A stretch of DNA of 64,000 nucleotides from Eledone cirrhosa (taxonomy: Eukaryota). Shown here piece after piece: positions 55,209 to 64,000 of the stretch. The notes beneath the pieces were generated by a model. That model was given only the letters and a program-made list of their open reading frames with translations, was not told where the DNA came from and made no database searches. Made by a program: the position numbers and the translations under genes. The first letter of the stretch is position 1. Each line of letters starts with the position of its first letter. The stretch lies in the NCBI GenBank assembly GCA_964016885.1, contig OZ024758.1, forward strand, positions 16,740,001-16,804,000, given 5' to 3'.

Positions 55209-56594
55209 TGTATGTATGTATGTATGTATGTATGTATGTGTGTGTGTATTATGTATTTCCGTAGAAATGGTAAAAGAAAGAAGAGTGCTCTATCTATAGT
55301 ACAGAGCTATTAATATTATTAAATCATATATATATATATATATATATAGATATAGATATACAAATATATATAAGTCCCGGGTTCAATCTTGGGAAACCAC
55401 ATTAAGTAAAGTACTCAATATATTCGTAGAGTGTATAATGAAGCTCCTGAGAACATACATGCAAGCGTATCTAATTTACCCATTGATTGAAAAATATGAG
55501 AATGGATCCAACTGGAACCGAAACTCTGGTAAGCTATTTCACTGTTCATCTGTTATATTCTACAGAAAATGCACAAATAGGATATATTTTATATTTCTAC
55601 ATTTCAAAACATACTTGTCATTATATTTGCTATGGATTTAGCTTCTAATTTGAATGGTTGATGTGTTGGTGTAATGGTAGCACAGTGGTCTGTATAACCA
55701 AATATGTGGGTTCGACTCTCATGTACGTCAATACACATCCTTTTCCATTTCTTAGAGGATTCTAAACCCCACTATCAGGCTAAAATTCCTTTAGTCAAAA
55801 ATACGGCGAAAGCCTCTATTTCCATTTTCAAACTTGCTCATTGTTTCAAAACAAATTTACTTGTCATTATACTCGCAAAGAATGTAGGTTCTAATTTGAA
55901 TGGAAGGAGATTGGTGATGTGTTGGTGTAATTGTAGCACAGTTGTCTGGATAAACAAAGATGTGGGTTCGATTCCCTTGTACGTCAATACTCATCTTTTT
56001 TCCATTTGTTAGAGGCTTCTAAACCCACTATCAGGATAAATTTTCTTCAGTCAAAAATACGGCGAAAGCTTCTATATCTATTTTTATTATATAAATGTTT
56101 GTATTTAAGCTATTTATTGTTTCTGTACATATAAATATTTATACTATAGAATGTATTTAGCAGCAACAGTTCTAACAAATGCTGCGCGAATCTCCTTGTC
56201 AAAATAGCAATTTTAAATAACATATACTCTTACAGCCAGCAAATTCACTTATCAAATATATTTCGAAAATCAATCACTAAATATTGGACAAATATGACAG
56301 CAATACAAGATTGAAGATATCTACATTCCCTCTAGAGAACAATCATGTCATCTTTCTTTGTTTAGTTACCAAAATAGCGGTCGGAAAGTTATAAAAAAAT
56401 AGAAAGAGAAAAAAAATCTCAAAAGCGTCAGGACTTGACAAAGTAACAAATGTATACCTAAGACATTTAGATTCTGAAAGAAGTATTACACTTACAGTCA
56501 ACGTCAATTTCTCAGAGCAACACTGCCAAACCAACAGAATCAGAAAACCAAAAGAGTTCATAATATTGTAAAATACAATACAAGTCAAACGAAA

Positions 56595-57113
56595 TAATTA
56601 TTTCTACTTTTGGCACAAGGCCAGCAATTATCCCAGTGTATTACCGGTACTTTATTTTATCGACCCCCGTAAGGATGAAAGGCAAAGTTAACCTCGGCGG
56701 GATTTGAACTCAGATCGTAAAGGAACGTAACTCTGCTAGAAAGCATGTCTGAACCTCTACCGATACTGCCAATCCACCGCCAAACGAAATAATATCAGAT
56801 AAACGCATTACTATCTCATGCTAAACTTTGGAACGCCAAGAAGAACTAATCGCATATATCACCAACACTCAGACACACTCTTCTCCAAAACTACAACTCC
56901 TATTACCATTTTACATCATTATGATCAACCGGTGAATTGGCAGTATCAGTAGACGGTTGAACGCCATGCTTTCTAGCATAGTTACGTCCCTTTACAGTCT
57001 GAGTTCAAATCCCGCCGAGGTTAACTTTGCCTTTCATCCTTACGGGTCGATAAAATAAAGTACCAGTAATGTACTGGGTAATTGCTGGCCTTGTGCCTAA
57101 AGTAGAAACAATT
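56595..57113. mobile_element. Inverted SINE pair (- 56595-56781, + 56930-57113)
   Basis: Young copies in opposite orientation, about 150 bp apart. Confidence 0.85.
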
Positions 57114-57223
57114 ATGATCAACCGTTCCAAAATTCCCAAACTTTAAAAACAAAGAAATACTCGACAGTTTCATTAGTATCACAATATTACTGGACCTTCA
57201 ACTTAAAATATTATTCAACCATA

Positions 57224-57322
57224 CAGGATGTCCCAAAATATGTATACACACTTGCATTGCCTGTGTAAACAATATTTATTAGAATGCTGTTGAAATTTGT
57301 ATACATTTTGGGGGACACCCTG
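57224..57322. mobile_element. Tc1/mariner-type MITE with TA TSD
   Basis: TA-CAGGATGTCCCAAAA...TTTTGGGGGACACCCTG-TA. A degraded relative lies at about 6887-6970. Confidence 0.75.
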
Positions 57323-58004
57323 TAGAATAGATATACAGAAATAGCAGTAACATAAAAAAAAACTGTTTTCTAAAAAACAACAAAAACATGTTCTCAGGTG
57401 CAGACGACCAATAATATGTGTAGGGTTAGAATTACTATCATGATCTGACCTTGTCCACCTTGACTAGTTCAGCCGAATTTGCTAACCTACAATATATCTG
57501 GATAGTAAAAGGAGTAATATATGACCAGACTTCTTAATATTTGCAATTCGCAGTTTCGTGTTCAGTTCAGTGGAAGCATGGTATAAATGGAACAATATCT
57601 ATGTCAGTCGCAGTTATTTTTCTATCGCCATACTATATACCAATGTATGCTCAGATGCAGATGAACTGAGACTACCAAGCAACAATATTATAACCATCAT
57701 AATCGTCAATGTAATGTTCCCTTAAAGCACGTTTTTCATCGATAGTTTTTACCTACATCTGACTTTGTTTTAGTTCCATCTATTCGTATGATCTAATAAA
57801 CGTTTTCACTGACCTTGTATAACCAGTTACAACTTCTTCCATTCTATATTTCATACTATATACGAAGGTTATCAAAGATAATTCTTTAACTCCATTATTT
57901 CATTTATTGTGGCGGCTTTTTGAAAGATTTTGAACCAGAAGAAAATATTTTGGACACTAGGACACATATTCAGTGATGAAAATAAAGAGAAAGAAAAAAT
58001 TCTA

Positions 58005-59096
58005 AGGGTGACTTCTATATTTCATATTATATACGAAGTGTTATCAAACATAATTCTTAAACTACAATATTATAGAAAGAAAACTTACTAGGGGTGATTT
58101 CTATATTTCATATTATATACGAATTGTTATCAAACATAATTCTTAAACTACAATATTATAGAAAGAAAACTTACTAGGGGTGATTTCTATATTTCATATT
58201 ATATACGAATTGTTATCAAACATAATTCTTAAACTACAATATTATAGAAAGAAAACTTACTAGGGGTGATTTCTATATTTCATATTATATACGAATTGTT
58301 ATCAAACATAATTCTTAAACTACAATATTATAGAAAGAAAACTTACTAGGGGTGATTTCTATATTTCATATTATATACGAATTGTTATCAAACATAATTC
58401 TTAAACTACAATATTATAGAAAGAAAACTTACTAGGGGTGATTTCTATATTTCATATTATATACGAATTGTTATCAAACATAATTCTTAAACTACAATAT
58501 TATAGAAAGAAAACTTACTAGGGATGATTTCTATATTTCATATTATATACGAATTGTTATCAAACATAATTCTTAAACTACAATATTATAGAAAGAAAAC
58601 TTACTAGGGGTGATTTCTATATTTCATATTATATACGAATTGTTATCAAACATAATTCTTAAACTACAATATTATAGAAAGAAAACTTACTAGGGGTGAT
58701 TTCTATATTTCATATTATATACGAATTGTTATCAAACATAATTCTTAAACTACAATATTATAGAAAGAAAACTTACTAGGGGTGATTTCTATATTTCATA
58801 TTATATACGAATTGTTATCAAACATAATTCTTAAACTACAATATTATAGAAAGAAAACTTACTAGGGGTGATTTCTATATTTCATATTATATACGAATTG
58901 TTATCAAACATAATTCTTAAACTACAATATTATAGAAAGAAAACTTACTAGGGGTGATTTCTATATTTCATATTATATACGAATTGTTATCAAACATAAT
59001 TCTTAAACTACAATATTATAGAAAGAAAACTTACTAGGGGTGATTTCTATATTTCATATTATATACGAATTGTTATCAAACATAATTCTTAAACTA
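58005..59096. repeat. 86-bp tandem array, about 12.7 near-identical copies
   Basis: Units start at 58091, 58177 ... 59037, with exact 86-bp spacing. Confidence 0.95.
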
Positions 59097-59571
59097 GATT
59101 ATTTCATTTATTGGGGAGGCTTTTTGAATGATATTGAACCAGAAGAAAATATTTTGGACATGAGGATACATATTCAGTTGTGAAAATAATGAGAAAGAAA
59201 ACAAATAACGTAGGTCAAGCCATTCAGGTCGGAAGTAACGGCTTTATATGGTTTTAGAAAGACATCTGCTAGCAGAAGTTCTCCTAGTTTCTTATAGTTT
59301 AGATATTGTTTTATCAAGTAGATACAATGTCGGTTCCATGTAGATGATATTACTTACACAGACATTAACGCCATTTCAGTTTTATTTCATAATTAATATC
59401 ACAACTTTTCACATAAAAATCGCTATATTTGTTGATATATATACATACATACATACACACATATATATATATACATACAAATACACACATACATACACAT
59501 ACACGTATATATATATATATATATATACACACAGACATATATATGTATATATATATATACACACATACATA

Positions 59572-59609
<38 letters not shown>

Positions 59610-59620
59610 GACATATATAG

Positions 59621-59662
<42 letters not shown>

Positions 59663-59678
59663 GACATATATATGTATG

Positions 59679-59712
<34 letters not shown>

Positions 59713-59724
59713 GACATATATATG

Positions 59725-59762
<38 letters not shown>

Positions 59763-59847
59763 GACATATATATATATATACACACAGACACATATATATA
59801 TATATACACAGACATATATATATATATACACACACATATATATATAT

Positions 59848-59958
<111 letters not shown>

Positions 59959-59980
59959 TATATATATATATATATATACA

Positions 59981-60026
<46 letters not shown>

Positions 60027-60279
60027 CATATATATGTATATATATACAGACATATATATGTATATATATACAGACATATATATGTATATATATACAGACA
60101 TATATATGTATATATATACAGACATATATATGTATATATATATACACAGACATATACACATACACAGATATATATATATATATATATATACACAGACATA
60201 TATATATATATGTGTGTGTGTGTATATATACATATATATACTACACACACAGATATATATATATATATATACACACACA

Positions 60280-60319
<40 letters not shown>

Positions 60320-60322
60320 GAC

Positions 60323-60355
<33 letters not shown>

Positions 60356-60427
60356 CATATATACATATACACACACAGACATATATATATATACACACAC
60401 ACAGACATATATATATATACACACACA

Positions 60428-60493
<66 letters not shown>

Positions 60494-60496
60494 GAC

Positions 60497-60531
<35 letters not shown>

Positions 60532-61151
60532 GACACATATATATATATATACACACACACACAGACACACGCATATATATATATATACACACAGACATAT
60601 ATATATATAGTAATAATAATAAATTTGAAGACCAAAATCCAAAGAGGCCTCGATAAGGATAAATATATATCAAATATATAAGAACCGTATAGCAAATATT
60701 TATTAAAATAACAGATTAAAGTTTAAGCAAAAAATCGCTGCTTTCACTCATAACGGGATCTACTGAAGCTAACAAAGTCAATCTGTGAACGCAGAAGTAA
60801 ATACTGCAAAAACCGTTGCAACCGGAGGAAGACAGGAAGACGATACAGACATATATATATAGCGCCAGACCCCACAACTTACCGTGGATATCTCTATGTA
60901 TATATATATATAGACACACAGACATATATGTATATATATATATACACTATAGATTCTAGTAGATGTGTTTGATTGTATTTTTAGTTGTAATGCCCTTCAG
61001 GCAACATTTACAACAAGAGTTGACTCTGGAAAAAGATTCTGATTTCTCAAAAGTATTAATTAAAATGATTTCGTTTCTATTTTCCAAAATATTAGTTGCA
61101 GTCCTGTTCAGACCAATTTGTCTTTCATCCTATCCTGGTCGATAAAATAAG

Positions 61152-62212
61152 TAATTGTTTCTACTTTTGGCACAAGGCCACACAATTACCCAGTGCATTA
61201 CTGGTACTTTATTTTATCGACCCCGTAAGGATGAAAGGCAAAGTCAACCTCGGCGGGATTTGAACTCAGATCGTAAAGGGACGTAACTATGCTGGAAAGC
61301 ATGGCGTCCGACCCTCTACCGATACTGCCAATCCTAATAATTGTCTCTACTTTAGGCACAAGGCCACACAATTACCCAGTGCATTACTGGTACTTTATTT
61401 TATCGACCCCGTAAGGATGAAAGGCAAAGTCAACCTCGGCGGGATTTGAACTCAGATCGTAAAGGGACGTAACTATGCTGGAAAGCATAGCGTCCGACCC
61501 TCTATTGATACTGCCAATCCATAAGTAATGGGGTCAATTTAACCTACGTTTCCTCTTCCTCACAATCATTGCTGACCTTGTGGCTAAATTGGAAACAGTT
61601 ATTAGACACAACAGCAGTAGATTGGTAGAATCGGTAGAGTGTCGGATATCATGCTTTTCAGCATAGAGTTAAGGCCCTTTTCGTTCTGAATTCAAATCCC
61701 GCCGAGGTTAGCTTTGCCTTTCATCCTTACGGGTTCGATAAAATAAAGTATCAGTAATGCATTGGGGGCGATTTAATCGACTTCGCCCTCCCCCAGTATT
61801 GTGCCTATGGTAGAAATCATTGGGAAGGTGGCTTGGCAGTATCGGTAGACCGTCAGACACCATTTTTTACACACATGTAGTTATGGCCCTTTATGTTCCG
61901 AGTTCAAATCCCGCCTTCCATCCTTACAATGTGGGTAAAATAAAGTATCAGTCATGCACTGAGGTCGATGTAATCGACTTTCCCCTTCCTCAAAATTGCT
62001 GGCCTTGTGCCTATAGTAGAAATCATTATTTGATACAACACATGGCGGTGATTGGCAGTATCGGTAAAGAGTCGGAGAGTTACGGCCCTTTCCATTCTGA
62101 GTTCAAATCCCGCCAAGGTTAACTTTGCCTTTCATCCTTACGGGGTCGATAAAATAAAGTACCAGTAATACAGTGGTAATTGCTGGCCTTGTACCAAAAG
62201 TACAAACAATTA
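61152..62212. mobile_element. SINE cluster: two - copies then three + copies
   Basis: Near-identical dimer at 61152-61520 and older copies at 61615-62212. Confidence 0.85.
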
Positions 62213-63132
62213 TTAAAATAGTAATGTAAGTTTAAATCTGGGTTGAATGGTTGAATATATATATTCTTTCAGCATTTAACTCTGAGGGTTTTATATTTTT
62301 GCAGATACAATGTTGTGGGTCTGGAAATGTAACTTAATTTCATTTTGATTAAAACTTCATACTTTACAAGTAGAATCATAATTAGAATAATACTTATCAA
62401 CGTGATAAATATTAATTAGTGTTATTAACAGAGGAAATTGTCTGAAAACCGTTAACACTTTGATAGCTTCTGCTTGAATGAAAGTTCACCTACTTTCAGA
62501 AATAGTTAGATTAAAATTATGTCTTTCCTGTTGTTCAGAGGACACTCGATTTTCATATGACCAATCCAATATAAGACGATAAGTGTTATATGTAATCCTT
62601 TGTGGCAAGTTAAAATTGCATTTCATTCACTGTCTGACAAAAGGAAGTGTCAATACTTGAGGAAATAGCAAGTGTTTCACATGATTGAAGAATTCTACAA
62701 GAACTGTAGTTCACTTTTCTACCGATGTTCATAATAGTTTATTTGCATTATTACCGGTGTCTTTTCAGGTTGCTGAGTGACCACCACGTGAAGCTTTAGA
62801 CGTTTAGGGGTTAGATTGTAGTTCTTATTATCCTTTTTTACGTAAGTGCCAAAATCGGGCGAGCGCGTTGTTGTCTCTTTGGGAAAAAAACCGTAAATTC
62901 CCTTCTTCAGAGAGTAAGGAACTCTCAGAAAAAAAAATTATTATTTTGTTGGTTTTCAATATTGTGTTTAATTCTCTCTATGGGGAAAAATTGTCCTTTA
63001 GTAGAATCTTGGTATATTGCGCAATGGAATACATTAATTCATCCATCCATTCTTTTTTTCTCCTAAGAATCAAGTGTATATACTTTAAAACTAATTTTAT
63101 TGTTTTTAATACATTTATTTTCTATATTTAAG

Positions 63133-63438
63133 TAGGAGGGTCGCCTGAAATGTTCATAGACTGACCATGATACTCTCATGGACTGACCAAATGAGGTATA
63201 TTTTTCAACATATTCCCTAGAGAGAAACACTGCAGTTATTAATAAGAAGAGTTCATATGTTGACTAAGATACTCTCGTGAAATGATCAAATGAGGTATAT
63301 TTTTCAACATAGACTCTGGAGAGAAACAATGCGGTTATTAATAAGAAGGGTTGAAGTTAATGCACGCAAGATTTCACAGCTCTAGCATCACTCTATAGTC
63401 AGCTTATGAACATTTCTTTCAGTCGTCCATTTTATGTA
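63133..63438. mobile_element. Degenerate mariner-like MITE with an internal ~100-bp tandem duplication
   Basis: gagggtcgcctgaaatgttcatagactgac ... gtcagcttatgaacatttc..tcagtcgtcc are imperfect TIRs. 63159-63249 resembles 63262-63347. Confidence 0.5.
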
Positions 63439-63935
63439 AGAAATCAGTCATATGGTTAACCTGTAGACAATAGAAGTCAACGTAATAGAAGACGTAAATG
63501 AAATATTACTTAAATGATAAGGACCATAATTTGAAGTAAAATATGATGGATTTAAACTATTCCAGTTCTACTGACTCAAATCTTTAATCTGTGAAATATG
63601 AATAAACAATTCTGAATCTCTTTTATATAAAAGATTTTACTAAATAATTTCCAGAGAATATAACTTCGTAATATTTTCGATAACGCCAAATAAACCCATA
63701 CCAGATTGACATAACAAAAGTTACATGAAACAGGAAATAGCTGTTGCAATATATAATAGACTTAAGTACATACATGCATACACAAATTCATACACAAATG
63801 CCTACATACGTAGGTACATATGTACTCATATACACATACAAATATACTTAGATATTGATGTTCATACATACGTACGTATATATACATACATATATACTTA
63901 CGTATTAACATGCATACATACATACTTACGTGTTA

Positions 63936-63968
<33 letters not shown>

Positions 63969-64000
63969 CTTACATATTAACACGCATACATAAGTACGTA

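Noticed and set aside
55643-56075. ~246-bp-period direct duplication
   Set aside because: Looks like an ordinary local tandem duplication with no further structure.
58005-59096. CRISPR-like regular repeat (also the 17-kb, 10.8-kb and 40.7-kb arrays)
   Set aside because: No unique spacers, no cas genes, and a eukaryotic context.
62294-62337. Acceptor followed by IQCCGSGNVT (tetraspanin-like CCG)
   Set aside because: A stop after 10 codons and no partner exons found.

Overview
Very AT-rich, repeat-dominated eukaryotic DNA, intergenic or deep intronic. The microsatellite load and SINE types suggest an octopus or other coleoid cephalopod (inference). I found no credible host protein-coding exon; almost all listed ORFs are translations of (TA/CA/GA)n microsatellites. 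Recognisable content: about 40 copies of one tRNA-derived SINE, often in head-to-tail arrays; a second CORE-type SINE; a decayed Helitron RepHel gene plus four non-autonomous Helitrons; a 5'-truncated RLE-type (R4/Dong-like) LINE; Tc1/mariner MITEs; and several minisatellites. The most striking signal is a set of sequence-unrelated, (TA)n-embedded fold-back elements with one shared architecture: a short leader carrying an RGYACTCRA motif, then a long near-perfect palindrome with a variable, often micro-duplicated apex. Several palindrome arms carry minimal type-I hammerhead ribozymes of the kind known from Penelope-like elements. A separate, more canonical hammerhead lies between 80-bp direct repeats with a 319-bp period (retrozyme/pLTR-like). 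All alignments and folds were done by eye.
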